64,000 nt of DNA from Tubiluchus corallicola (Eukaryota; Animalia; Priapulida). A program made the translations under genes and the position numbers. Positions 43,886 to 57,600 of the stretch are shown here, piece by piece; the first letter of the stretch is position 1; each line of letters begins with the position of its first letter. The notes under the pieces were generated by a model. The model ran no database searches, was not told the DNA's origin, and saw only the letters and a list, made by a program, of their open reading frames with translations. The DNA is taken from contig JAQGDQ010000071.1 of assembly GCA_030141605.1 (NCBI GenBank), positions 289,605-353,604 of the forward strand, given 5' to 3'.

Positions 43886-46800
43886 TTATTTATCATTCTC
43901 TTGTGCATTTGATTTAGTGAGAAGTGGATTTCGTGATGCCATCAGTTCTTGTATGCGTACATACACCCACTCATCATCTGTGACCAGGTTACCCTAAACA
44001 GATTTAAAAAACATGTCAATATTTAGAATGACATAAAAATCTGTTGCAAAACAAAGCTTTACTTATGTGGAAAAGATGGAAGGCAATAAAAATTAACAAT
44101 TTTAATTGTCAATTTTCATCAGAATCTATTAGTGATCTGAGACTTGTGATGCTGTTAACAGCACAGCAAAAGACCTACTCTGGGTTAAAAAATTTTGTAG
44201 CAAACCTATTTCATAAATACAAAATTAAATCAAGTCATAATCCTAATTAAACATCTGGCCAGATTCGCTGCCTGTCTCTCTGTGCATTTGAATTTGTTGC
44301 AATACTAGTAGACTTTCATCATTTCTTATTATTTTCTTATTATGATTAGCAAATGCTTACATAAACCAGAATTCTATACAGATGCAGGTTGTGTATGCTT
44401 ACTGTAAAATTCACACTTCCAATTCAAAGAAGCTTTTTTGTTAGTCTAATTACTTAGTAGTTAGACTACACGTATTCATCAGTTAATACAGTTCATCATG
44501 TGACATTGATACATAAACTGCAGCATTTACATTCTGATAACTGGAGTATAAATTGGATAATCAGTTTTTTGTGTCAGATGTTGATATATATTTTCATATC
44601 ACGAATAATAATACAGACACAATTCAAAGCTCCGTAACATTATCTATGTTATTGTTTTGCTGTTGGTGGTAACAAAGATTTACTACCTAAATTCACACAA
44701 TACCATTTTACAGAATAGTTAGCTACTGGGCCTCTGTCAAAAAGTTAATGAGCATTCACGATACTTTATACAAGTGCTGCTTTGCCCACTACTATATTAT
44801 GGTTCCAAAATATTTGATAAGAGTTTTTTGCTGATAAATATAAAATGAATGTGCAGTCAGAGTTGGAGGCACTGGTACCTAGTTCTGTTTACTAATATAT
44901 AAGCATAACGTGAAGATATTAGTTCGTTAGATTAACTTTGTGTCAAATATTCTTTCATTGTATATTTTGATTTGGCTTCTACAGGAATGATGAATTACAA
45001 AAGCAAAACTGTAATATTACAGCTTTTGAGCAATATACCAAATATGTAGGTGCACAACAAAAAGCTATATTTAAATTTTATTATGTTGCTGATACGAAAT
45101 TACAAAAACCATTTTCAGTATATATTTTACCTGGAGGCTTAGCCTGTACAGGCCCATAAACTTTGTTTTACTCTTTAACTCCCACTGCTTCTGAATTGAT
45201 GCCAAAAGATGTGACATTCCAGCAACAGTGATTCCATTTCGACTCAAGTTTAATGACGACAGACAGAGATTGCCTAAAATAATAGGTGAAGTTTGCAATA
45301 ATACCCGTTCTCATTACGATAATTTCAAATAATCAATACAATATAATGTAAACTGCACTAATTACTTAGCCAATCCTTGATGTAATATACCTGCATCTTT
45401 AGTTCAAAGAAGTTTCGCAAATGATAAACCAAACAAGTGCAGAGATTCCTAGTTAAAATGAAAACAGTAGCTCCTTTACCTGAACAGGTTTCTCATATGT
45501 GACTAAACAAAAGATTTTATGCTTTATGGTTTGCCTGCTGTCAACATGTAGATGGAACCATTTAAATTACAAAGAAATTTCTTAAGAAATTTTTATTTCT
45601 TCATGTTTTATAAATTGCAGGAATAAATCCTTGCAGCAACAAAACTCTGCAATAATAATGATGGCAATAATTTGATTGGAAGTTTTATAGTAAAAAAGTC
45701 TTGTAGTGTTATTTATACTTTCTCATACCGACCTACAACATAAAGCGTTTTGTTTCGGAATTTTACATAGTCCAGAAATGGGTGAGCCAATTGTGGTGGT
45801 TCTTCTCCCTGTAATGAAATGCAGCTTCGTTAGATGCAATATGAGCAGTTAACCAAAGCTGATCTTATCAATGATGAAATTTATAACTTCAAGAAACCAA
45901 GAAAATGTTAAGGAACAGCATGATTTCATTACTTTACATTAACGAAAGAATTATGTACAATTAGCAAACAAATATGAATTAAATATTCCCTACTATATAC
46001 ACAATTGATAATAAAAAGTAAAAGATAAGAAAAGTGCAGTTAACATGAGTTCCAAAAAAACTTACGTCATGAAACTACATTACTTTATCATAATCTTATG
46101 CGTATTTACATATTTATATGTTAAGACAGCCTTACTAAACTTTGGTAGCCGGCATGCAAGTTTAAGATGAGCCTGCATAACTTTTAAGCTGTGATTCATT
46201 AGTAAAATTTAAGAGTGTTGTATGTGTCACGAGCAAGGACTACTATACACAGGACGTGCACACTCAGATTTCTGATTCTGCCAGCGGAGGCGATCTATAC
46301 TTGCATGAACGTAATCTAGAAATAGTGCGCTTTAGAGAGTAGTGATCTTGAAAATTAAAGAATGGGCGGATCGGTAGATAGCGAGTATTATTTTTCATTT
46401 AATTGGTTCTTTACATTACGGGAGAAAAGTACCAATTGTTTATTTTATGTATCAAAGGAAATTAGTGTTCATTTTTACTTCTTAAATAGCGCACTACTTT
46501 AGGCGTAAGTGTATTTTACCGGAAGTAGTGCTTTGTCATTGTGGGAAACTTGAAAGTCAAGTGAAGCGTTGTTTTCATGCTTGTGTTTGTTCTTTGAGGA
46601 TCATTTTCAAAATTTCTCGTGGATTTTATACATCTGTGCTCAGCAGCATGCCTAACAAGTGTGGTGTTGTTAAATGCAAAGTTGTATAGTAGTCCTTGGT
46701 CACGAGTCAAATATTTTTAACACACACTTACGACAATAAACAAACTGCAAGATTTAAATAACTGTTTAACATTTTATTTTGATGACTAATATCCACACAA

Positions 46801-49800
46801 ATCACTGCAATAAATATATGCTATCCAACCATAGAAATGTAATCCACACTTAAAATCGGCTATGGTCTTTCTAATATTTCACAAAAGCGACAATGGCAAA
46901 CTATGAAAAGCGTGGATGAAAAAGTGTGTGCACTTGCCCTTGCTGATTTCAAGGACAACCCGCAATTAACTATTTTAAGAAAATTTCACGATATTTGATG
47001 TCAAGTCAATGACATCCTACTAAACAGACGTCCCAAAACTGAAATGTAAACAGTTCTTGGCGACTGGCACAGTCGACAAGGGATTCAATATGTACTGCAT
47101 ATGAATACTTATCTACCAGACACACAAATTGCATTGAAGGCCCACTGTAGCTACAGTGTGAATGTACATATGCACAAGATTGGCATTAAGCAAACATGGT
47201 TGTTTTGAAGCTTATAAGACCGATTCTTAATTGTCCTTTAAATTCAAGTTCATATTATTACAGAGCATTGAAAACAAGTTTACAATCTTGTTATCAGATG
47301 CAATAATGGAAGCTTTTTATTGTAGCAGCTATGGTAACCTTCCAAAGAAAATGTCATTAAAAGTCTCAGAATACCTCTGGCTCTGGTACTGGAACAGAAG
47401 CACCAGTGCGTTTCACAGCAGCACGTCTTGTGGAGCGTTGAGTTGATCCATCTTTACCGGATGGACTGTCATCAGTCCTCTTCTGTGTCATGGTTTCTTT
47501 CATGACACTTGCTGTAAAAGCCACACTAAATAATGAAATTGTCAACTTAATTTACATGCAAAGAGTAAACTTTAAACTTTTTTACAGACTTGCAAATTGT
47601 TGGTATTATTTCATTTATGAACCACAAAAATGTTGACGGATATCATTAATTGTTCTTGTAGTAGAGAAGATATAGTATCTATATACACGAAAGCCACATA
47701 AAGTATAAACACACACAAAACCGGATCCAGTACAGCTAGATAGATAGCTAGAATCTTCTAATAAGGAACAAAAGGCATGTATATACATATGTATGTACTT
47801 GTCATGCTAGATCTAAAAAATTACACCCCGCCATGCAGCCAAGAGTTCTATATCGTCTTGATCATCATGCCCTAGATTCTAGAGTGTGGCCGCTGCATTT
47901 GTTTTTCAATAAACTTATTTCAATAAACGTCTGAGATACGACCCACTTTTCGACAGTTAAGTATGTTTCAATGGGGAGAACTTTTCAACCAGATGATATC
48001 AACAATAGAACAATAATGCATTCTAATTAAGCACAAATACTTTTATTAGTTTAATAATATTAACTAAGGGCAAACTTGAGCAACTAGAAAAGAGAAAGAG
48101 AGAGTGTCACTCTCACTTTTTGTGGAGTAAGAAAGAATTGTAGGATGGTAATTCGTTAGTAGTATTAAACAACACAAGCAAAACCCTAGCAACTTTAAAG
48201 TCACGATCTTTTTGTGTATGGCCACTTTCACTTTAGAATGAATCATGAATCATAAGGTCCAAATACTAGTAAAAACAAAAAACAATACTAGTGAAAATTT
48301 TGCCAATCAGTTATCATACAAAGTTTACCTCTCGCTGAGCCCATGTACTCTTGCCTTTTAGATTTACGACCATCCTCCTGTCAATTCAACATTTTGTAGT
48401 TAGTTGCATAATCATATGACATGCTATAGCATAGCTCTGTGAAAAGCAGAAAAATTTGTGAAAACAAAGCAATAAGCCTACAACAAAAATGAGGAAGGGA
48501 TGGAAAAGGCAAACTTTCTCATTAACAAATAAAAACATAAACCAATAAGTAATAAATATTTTATACAAAGGCTTACTTAGTAAGCTAAACAAGTACTACA
48601 AAAAGGTAATGCAGTACCTACAAATGTTGCACTTAATATAGTTTTTGAAATTTCCATAACAGAAATGACGACTGTGAAGTAATCAACAAAAATACTAATT
48701 ATTTTGATGACAAGTGTTTGTTGTGTTATTGTTAAACACTCGTGCATTTGTTGCAAGTCAGCACATTAAAGGTATGAACATAAAAAAGAAAATGAATTGA
48801 TCTGACAAAATGATTACCACAAAGTCCTCTGCACAAAAGGAGATTACTTGGTTACATACACGTATGTATATATAAAAAATTATATTTAAATATAAAAGAT
48901 TTAAATAATATGTAAATATTTTCTAATTAAGTGTGTGCATGCATACGTGTGTGATAACGACAGTGTGGTAATGAACTTATAACGCCGGCTTATGATCACT
49001 TTATTAAAAGTTTCACGTCAACATTTTGTATGGACATTATTAAACATTATTAAAATGACGGCTACTAATAACTACTTATGATGACATACTGTAACATAAA
49101 TACCTACTCTTTTTTTACTGCTCTGTGCTTGCACTGAAGCTCGAGCACCGGAATGATCTCGTGAGTCACGATGTCCTATTTGATCTCGAGGGAGTTCATC
49201 TAGACGATCTTCTTTAAGTGTTGCCTTGTAGAACAAACAAACAAAAAATACTGTAGCAGCTAACAGCAGGTGTAGCACAAAAACAAACAAATAAACAATG
49301 AAACCGGCAAGTGACCTAATGAACAAATGAACAGACAAAAAGGCAAACAAACAAAATGAAGAAATGTAGGAATATACGTGGATTTAAACAAAGCAAAATT
49401 ATAAACCAAATGGCATGATATCAGCTTGTAGTACTTTTAACATTGCATTACACAAAAGGCAAATTCATTAGGTGACATTGCTATGCTAGTGTAAGAATAA
49501 CTTCCTCTCTCTCAAATAATTTCTTCACAGTTGGTTCCCTTTAATACTTGCTGCTCTTACTGATGAAATGCCAGATAAAGTCATATAAATACATTGATGG
49601 TCCTGCCAATTCCATTTCAGAATTGAAGTCAAAATTCTGGCTAATTTCAAATCGAGTACCAATCTAATTCAATAAAGTTTTTACCATGTAAGTTAATTCT
49701 GGATGTCGATCCATTGTAGAGAAGAAATTTACCCAGTCAAATTATTTTTCAATCAAATTGTGTATTTTTTGGTTTCAGTAATATACATTAGTGACAGCTT

Positions 49801-52800
49801 GAGATGTAAAACACAATCTAGCAATGCCTGTCGCAGAAACCAGCAAAAGCTTGCTATTACAGTAGGCGCCACTTTGTAGACTCACTTTGGGACCGACGTG
49901 TTTTGACCTAATTAACCAACTGAACCTATTAACCAGTGGGTGTATTACAGGTATAGAAGTATGAGTCATCAGCTTACTATGCACCACAAAGGTTTTCAAT
50001 GAATTTTAGAAATGAAGTAATGACTAAGTTCCTTTGTGCAGTTAAAAATTTGAAAAAATATTTTAAAATATTAGTTTATATGTGAATTAGCAATAAATTA
50101 AAAAGTATACTTTTTTAAATCACAGACTTTTCTATTCTAAGTTGTTTATTTGCGAAAATTACAAGAATTTTTTTCAAAGTTGGCTGCTTTATTTTCTCGT
50201 GAAGAAGTTAGCCCACAAAGTTCTTGTAATTATAAAAGCGTTGAAAATCTGTTGTTGTGCGTGACTAAAACAGTTCTGAATCGTCCGTTCACTTACATTT
50301 CTCTTATTTGCTGTATGATGTTTACCCTTGTAAGTCACAAGGAACACTAGCTGAGTACTGTACCTGCATCTTCGACTCATTAAGCCTGACAGGGTGATGT
50401 GATTTGTAATGAGAGCATTTGTAACAAACAAAACGGTACTTAACATGATTGTTTCTGCATACATAGAGCACAAAAGGAAAGTAAAGATGACATAAAAGTA
50501 GGAAATGCTCTTTGGGCACATACAAATATCTTATTTCAAGTAGGCGAAGGAAAAATATTGGGTCAATTATGCAGAGTTATTTGAGTCAATTACCGATAGT
50601 TTTTATGTACATTTGAATAGAAGCGGCCCGTTACAGGCGTTTTAGTCAATTAAGCGATTGAGTCTATTAACCGCGAGTCTATCAAGTGGCACCTACTGTA
50701 TATTATAATAGTAACTGAAGTACTGCGAACCATAACAATCCAAGATTACATAATTATGTTACCAATTAGCAAGTGCCAATTAAGTATACCTTGTTGGCTT
50801 CAGACAACATCTGACGACGTGCAAGGACCTCCTCATGAGACAAAGGAAATTCGGATATCAGCTCACCCATAAGCTTTGCTCCTTCATCACCAACTCTATT
50901 ACTAGCTAAGGACAAGACAGCCAAGAATCTGTTTAACCGAAGTGCCTAATGTACAAAATAGCACAAACTATATAACAAACAAAAAAGGTAGAGAAGAAAA
51001 ATTAATTAGTAAATGATGCAAAAAGATTGTAAAGGGAAAAAGCAAATGTTAAATACCAAAATATGCTGTAATTGATGTGCAACTACGAAGTGTACTTTAG
51101 CAGGCACAAAATAAATTGAAAAGATGAAATCGGCAATGCCAGTAATGCATTAAAATTATACAAACTGAAAGTTTTGGAAATGTGTCTTTACAGTAGCAGA
51201 AAATACAACTTAACAGCAAGAGTATGTGTACAGTAAAGTGTAATCAGTTCTTGTCAGGTATTTTACAATTTTCCACTTGTTTAACTTTGACTGTTATCAT
51301 GACAACATTGCTTCAAGTGTTTGAAATATTGGCCCTGTTAGTTTGGAATCCCTGGCTTGTGATTGGTGACCAGAAATTCTGAGCTTCTGACCAGAAATCA
51401 AAGGTGCTTAACTTCTATTTGAACCCCTACCCCATAAGTTTCTCAACACTAGCTGACGCAGTCTTCGATTTGTCTTGGTGATCCTATTTCATATATTGCC
51501 CTTGGTGACGTGACACAGCCCCCCGCCCCCCACTTCTTGGGATGTATTTAATGCACATCTGTCCCATCCCGGTTCTATATACAGGCAAAAACTGGATGTA
51601 GCCAAATCCCGATAATTTTCACACTGTCACATTACTCATGTTCTTAGTTAGCTCGCTTTTTGAATAAGTAATCCACACATTGAAATACACTGACTTGGCT
51701 CAAAGCTAAGAATTTGCAATCATCGAAAAAATTGACTGACTTTTGACTCACAGTCAAAGGTTACTTATAACAAGATTAAAGGTTATTATAACATTGATTT
51801 GGTTCAGCAAAAACATATTTACTCTGTAAGTTTTATAATACTAAGCACAGTAGTTATGAGTTACGTGAAATTACAGCAGGAAAAAAAAAATAAAAGATTC
51901 GGCAAGTCGAAATGCAGAATGTTATGAACAAACCCGATAAATATATTTTATCCCAACTTCAGTGATTTGATTGCAAGCTAGATCTAGTTGCACTAGGCGG
52001 CTAGTTGGTAGATGCCTTGCCAAACGTTCTGCACCAAGGTCAGAAATCAAATTAAATCTCAGATGTAAGTTCTCCAACCTGTCAAAATAACTCAGAAAGT
52101 CAACACATGTCAAATATTGATGATTTCTTTGTGCTTCTTTAAAAACTCCTTATTTAATTATGTCAAGTCTTATGTGTATCTACCCCAGCCTTTCTTTTAC
52201 CTTTAAACTTCTACCTTTAAAGGTAAAGATATTTTTAAATTTAAAGGTAGATTGCATATTTTATCATTGATAGTAACATCAGTTACTTACTGTGTTTCAG
52301 GCATTATTAAGAAATCCCAACATTCGTCAACAATATAGTTACCTTCTACAGCTAATGTTCTGAAAAGGAGACATATGAGCTGTAGTTATTAAGAGACACA
52401 TCAGCTTTGTAAGCTTCACTGCATTTCAATGGTGAAGTGATCTTACCCACTATAAGCATACGAATGACTTTTTCTAAAATACTAAAGAAATGAAATAAAC
52501 AATAGAAAAATAGAAGAAAAACAGGGAGGGGGAGGAGAGAGAGAGAGAGCAAGAGAGAAAGAGAGATAGAGTTTAAATTTTTTTTCCAATTTATAGTTAC
52601 CATGGTTTAAAAACTATGTAGTGAAGCTAAAAATTTCTTACTTGATACTTGGGCAAGTAGAGACAGCATTTCCTAGGGTTTCCAGAGTTTCTTTGTCGAT
52701 TCCTACATCGAAAAACCTGTAGGTAAAAATTAAAAAGCATGATTGCAAATTTCCTGAACAATTCTAGCAAACACACAAAAACCAAAACATAATGAGAACA

Positions 52801-55661
52801 AAAAACATGAGAATGACAAAATAAAATATTTTTTGCTATATTATAAAGCAATAAAGCAATATAATATATTATATTTTCGGATGCATATGTAGATAACAAC
52901 GAAGAAGTGTTATGTCATAATTGCATAAACTGCACATGGTTGGGAAACCACCACAAAAAATACAGCATTTGTCATTTATACGTCACTGAAATGACTGAAG
53001 GTGGCTGTTGGAATTGCTACAGACCGTTGTTGCAGGTATAAGGCTGAAAAATAATTTGAACAAGCCGATTAAATATCTTTTTTTACTTTTCAGCATATTG
53101 TGTAAATAGAAAAGCAATGACAAGCTGTTTTATAAGGGAGGGGAAAAGCATTGGTATGCACAAAAGTCAATACAATAACGATAATTCTTAAGCAATATCG
53201 ATACAGTATGATAAAAAAACAAAAGCTTTGTGTAAATGAAATAATAATTAATAATTAATTTTTTAAAGTTGGTATCAAAAGTTCTGAGTAAATATAGATT
53301 GATAATGATAAACACAAACTACATATTGATGCAACAATCAACAATTATTTCGTTTTTTTATCGATACACATCATTATTGTTAACAACCCTAGTGCACAAT
53401 AAAAAACAATATCGCACGAGATATGTTGTGGTATATTGCAAAATTTTCATGCCAAAATAAAAGAATTTATGCAATTAGCTTGTTAAACTGTTTCACTAAA
53501 ACATACCTTGATGGTTATTTGTAAGCTGCAAATGAAAAAAAACATTACGTAACTACATGTAGCAATCTGCATTGTTAAAACAGTAATGTTCAAAATGTCT
53601 TGTTTCCAAATTTATGGATTAAATAATGATAAGAACAAATTGCGTTATGGCTTCGATCTCAATGCAAGCTACAAAATTCTCATTCTGCAACCTATCTTAG
53701 CAGCTTACATTAGTAGTAATTTATTAATTTACATGTCAAACTTAACCAGCTTAGACTATCTGCTCTTTAGGAAACTTAAAGATCCAATTCAAAATTTGGC
53801 GCAAATAACGTAAAACAAGATAAAACACACGTGACAGAATTCAGTTTGTCTAGCGAATTCCATGCTTGTTTAAACACATTCATCATGATGAAATCAACTT
53901 TCCAACCTAAAATAAAAAAGTAAAATTAAAACCTGCGCCCAGAGCCTGGAAAATGAGCTCACAATGGTGACAACATGCTTCTACTAATTAATTGCTCATA
54001 AACAAAATTATAATCGTTTAAGATTTTAATTTTATTACGTTATATAATCACCTTTTACAAAGATTCCAGTTGTTACTTCATCAGATTCACTGGTAGTTTG
54101 CACAACTGGGCAAAAATAATCCATCCGATTCTTAATTAAAAATGTTTTAGGTTTTGTCTCATCTAGGAAGATTAAAACAGACAATGAGATGTTTTGAAAC
54201 TGAATGATTATGGTTTGCTTATCAGAAGAAATGCTAGCACAATTCAGATTTATACTGGAAAGGAATATGTACTTGTAAGTGGGTTATCTTTATGATAAAT
54301 TATATTTTAAAAATTAAGTTCTAAAGCATGTCTTCTGCAAGCAAATTCACGAATTTTTCTTTGTACAAACAAAAATGTAAAAATGTTGAGACGGAACTTT
54401 CTTTTTTCTGTCAACCAATATATTGGTTGACAGAAAAAAGAAAGTTCCGTCTCAACATTTTTACATTTTTGTTTGTACAAAGAAAAATTCGTGAATTTGC
54501 TTGCAGAAGACATGCTTTAGAACTTAATTTTTAAAATATAATTTATAACATATAATATAACAAAGAAAACATGGATGGTTCCTATGAACCAATTAACAAT
54601 GTTTTAACAACTCTTTGGCTAAATGTGTAGTTTGTCACAAAGGCTTTAAAGATAAATACCAACCTTCTGTAGTTGGACCTTCAGCATCAGGTGGAGTAAC
54701 TATATCGGTGCCAGGGCCCTGTTCCGATATAGTAGTACGTGGCACAACCCTTGGAATTCTTTCTAGCGATATTTGCCTACACAAATATTTAAAATCTGTT
54801 CGAAATTTTCCAGTAGTCATATATGGACCTGAAAAGATATTATTATATTATTATCCACATACTTCAATTTCATTCACTTATGCAGAGTTCTCCATGTCTG
54901 TTAGTCAGGTGCTTGAAAATGTTATGTTCTAATGAAATTAAAGAATAATATTTTTGGTAGTGTTTTTAATATTTTGGACAGGCAGAGTGATGAGGAGAAT
55001 GACTGCAGAGATCTGAAAGGTATTTAAGCATATATATGTTGCATATGAGTATGCAAATTCTGTTCAATATTAATGCACTATCTAGCATCTAGTTCATCTG
55101 TTTGTGTGCTCAAGATATGTGTTCTGATAAGCAAAACTTATCTTGGAAATCACTACGACAAAAATCACTTAGTAAATAGGACAGATAGGCCTATTGCTCA
55201 TAGGTAGCTGTTTCAAGATTTTTCTTGAAACAGCAGTTTTTCCTTTTGAAAATAGTATACTGAACACCATCTGAACCGTGTGAAGCATAGAGTTGAATCT
55301 CGGTGCTAATCCAGTAGTAAAGAGACACTCTTTCAGTATATAAAAATATTAATTCTAAATATTAGTCTGCATAGAATATATATACCTGGGGAAGCTTTTG
55401 AAAAGTTAGAATTATTACATCGCATAGAGCATGATCCATTTTTTTACTTATATTTCAAAGTAAATTGGCACTCTTTTTGAATAAAACATACAAAACTTCC
55501 GTTACAGCTAGTCTGATTCTGTACCTACCATCTGGAAGAGGTTCTATAGAAGATTTCCGGCGTTCGTGAGGAACTGCACCAGGTGGTGCATTAATAGGCG
55601 TTGCTGCAGCCGCTGCTGCTAGTGCAGCTGCTTTAGCTTTTTCTGAACGCTTACGCACCAT
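43886..55661 (-). CDS. LRRC71: Leucine-rich repeat-containing protein 71 ortholog, about 519 aa
   Basis: Exons (minus) 55661-55529, 54828-54664, 54162-54052, 53906-53831, 52716-52642, 52359-52291, 52078-51934, 50945-50790, 49224-49108, 48377-48329, 47511-47375, 45808-45733, 45273-45131, 43993-43886; total 1560 nt, in frame. Blocks collinear with recalled human LRRC71: Y.T.G.F.TDF..LC, YFCP.VQ, IFVKGWKVD, LAVEGN, LRLNRFLAVLSLASNRVGDEGA, F.LSHEEVLARR, HPFL, GN..L..LNL.RN.IT..G, GL.RLSL, IQELM..R.P. Confidence 0.88.
49860..50698. mobile_element. Complete non-autonomous Tc1/mariner (pogo/Tigger-like) MITE, 839 bp
   Basis: TA|CAGTAGGCGCCACTTTGTAGACTC ... GAGTCTATCAAGTGGCACCTACTG|TA: 24-bp TIRs with 3 mismatches and a TA target duplication. 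Confidence 0.85.
54295..54546. repeat. Perfect 252-bp palindrome (126-bp arms, no spacer)
   Basis: Checked base by base. Centre CCAATA|TATTGG lies between 54420 and 54421; first mismatch at 54294/54547. Confidence 0.98.
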
Positions 55662-56251
55662 TCTTTTTGTCTGAAATCATGAAACAATTATCACACATAA
55701 GTTTTTATAATGCAGTAATCTGAAAAATTACCCTTGTTCGGGCCACACAAACAGCAATATCTGAACACATTTTCATTGCATATTTTGGCTGTTCTAGAAG
55801 TGTGTCATGGAAAGTTTTGTACTCTATTACAACCCATCAATCCAGTTTACCTGTCTCTCCACATTTTCAGAATTCGAACACTTTCCTTGAAAATCCTGTT
55901 GTAAACTGTTAATGGCTTACAGCAGTTATCTACCTACTGTTGATTATTAATAATTAACCTATATAAGGGAAGTTCATAGTTTCAAAATAGATCTTACTCA
56001 TTTTAGATAAAAATGTTAAGCCTATTAAAACCAATTTCTTACCAATGAAACGCGTACAGAATGATTAGTTATGTTTGATACCATCTGTTAGTTCAAATTC
56101 CCGACTCCCAACGAAAGATACCAATATTTACCAAAGCCTTAAGTGTGAATAATATGTAGGCCTATTCTTCAAATAAAGCAAGACCGAGATGCCAAAACAG
56201 CATATTCCCCACATTGCTTTTATTTTGCACAGCTAATAAATACTACTATTA

Positions 56252-57060
56252 CAGTAAGTGCTGTTTATCAGACTGACGGTTAATAGAATCAGTCGCCTAA
56301 TTGACTCAAAAACACCTAATATGGGCCGCTGCTATTCAAGTGTATAAAAAAACCTGTCAGCAATTGAACTCAAATAATTTCGGATAATTGAATAAATATT
56401 TTTTCTTCACATGCTTAAAATAAGACACTGGTGTGTAACCAAAGAGCTTTTGTTATTTTTACGCCATCTTTACATCGCTTTTGTGCTCTATAATATACAT
56501 AGAGACAAGAAACAATCATGTCAAGTCCAGGGTTCTCTGTAAGCAGGTATATTTTATCACACACTAATATGCTAGCATAGTGGTTTTGCTTTGAATCTGT
56601 CACTTGCTTGTCTGCTGTAGTTAACCTCATTGTTTCTGAAATCTAAATTTAATCACTAGCAGAGGAGTACACAGGAGAAACAAGGTCATCACCAACTGCA
56701 CTATGTGACTCAATGTTTGGTATGAAATCGTGCAGCATACATCACCAGATTTTCAACGTTTTTGTCAGTATGAGAATTTCATAAACCAACTTCTTCATGA
56801 AAAAATGAAGCAACCAACCTTGAATTTCTATAATTTTTAGTGGTAATAATCAGATTTGTGCAATTTTTATTTTATTTTTTTATTGTTTAACATATATAAA
56901 TTGGTATTCTTAAATAATTGCACATAAGAATTTTGACACGAATTTCTTTCTAAAAATTATTTAAAACCTTTGCAATGCATACTAAGGTGATAAGTAATGA
57001 CACATACTTATATAGTAGTAATGGGCTACACCCGTTGGGTAATTGAATCAGCCAGCATTA
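56252..57060. mobile_element. Second, diverged copy of the 49860-50698 MITE, in opposite orientation
   Basis: TA|CAGTAAGTG...CGGTTAATAGAATCAGTCGCCTAATTGACT...GGGCCGCTGCTATTCAAG aligns to the reverse complement of 50698-50560, with patchy similarity to about 57060. The far TIR is lost. Confidence 0.75.
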
Positions 57061-57129
57061 TTGACACTGTGCTAGTGGTGATTATGGTAGATGAAAAATT
57101 TAAAATTTAAAATCGTACACGTGTTTTTC

Positions 57130-57600
57130 ACCTTGATGTCGAACTTGTGATTATGAAAATTGTCTGAATTTGGACTCAATTCTTGGCATTAGCAAACCGT
57201 ATTTTTTAGAAGCATAGACCAAGTGAACACAGATGGGATTTTGGCTGTGATTTGGTCAGTTTGTTGCAGGTTGGTCAGCTACTAAAATCCAAAGAATTGA
57301 CTTTGGTCAGATTCTGACTGTTGTACGATACATAATAATAATCAAAATGTCAATACAGCATATATTTCTAACTAAAACGAACGATGGTCAGAACCTTACG
57401 AAGGTCAGAGCATTGTGGAATAGTCAGAATGTGCTGGAAATCCAACAATTGTGAAATGGCTGTATAGTGGTTGTGTGTTAGTCAATTTCTGACTAAAATG
57501 CAACTTAGTCACAATGTCATGAAAACTTTCATTGCTGGCCAAAATCCAACTATCAGAATCTGACATTGTCATGCTTTCACAACCAAATGTGCACGCTGAA
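57130..57600. repeat. Degenerate modular repeat (GGTCAGA/TCTGAC units in both orientations)
   Basis: Recurrent TGGTCAG, TAGTCA and TCTGAC motifs; possibly another decayed foldback element. Confidence 0.3.

Noticed and set aside
46516-46710. Faint THAP-like pattern (VRHAA..C...FKFP) on minus strand
   Set aside because: The first Cys and the downstream W/C/H residues are missing; at best an unrecognisable transposon relic.
54307-54534. Identical 68-aa ORF on both strands
   Set aside because: Automatic consequence of the perfect palindrome; no recognisable protein features.
55207-55240. Hairpin followed by T-run resembling a bacterial intrinsic terminator
   Set aside because: Eukaryotic intronic context; kept only as a hairpin.
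55455-55528. Extension RYRIRLAVTEVL of the LRRC71 ATG exon to donor 55492
   Set aside because: That donor is phase 2 and hits a stop in the next exon. The phase-1 donor G|GTAGGT at 55529 gives the homologous frame.
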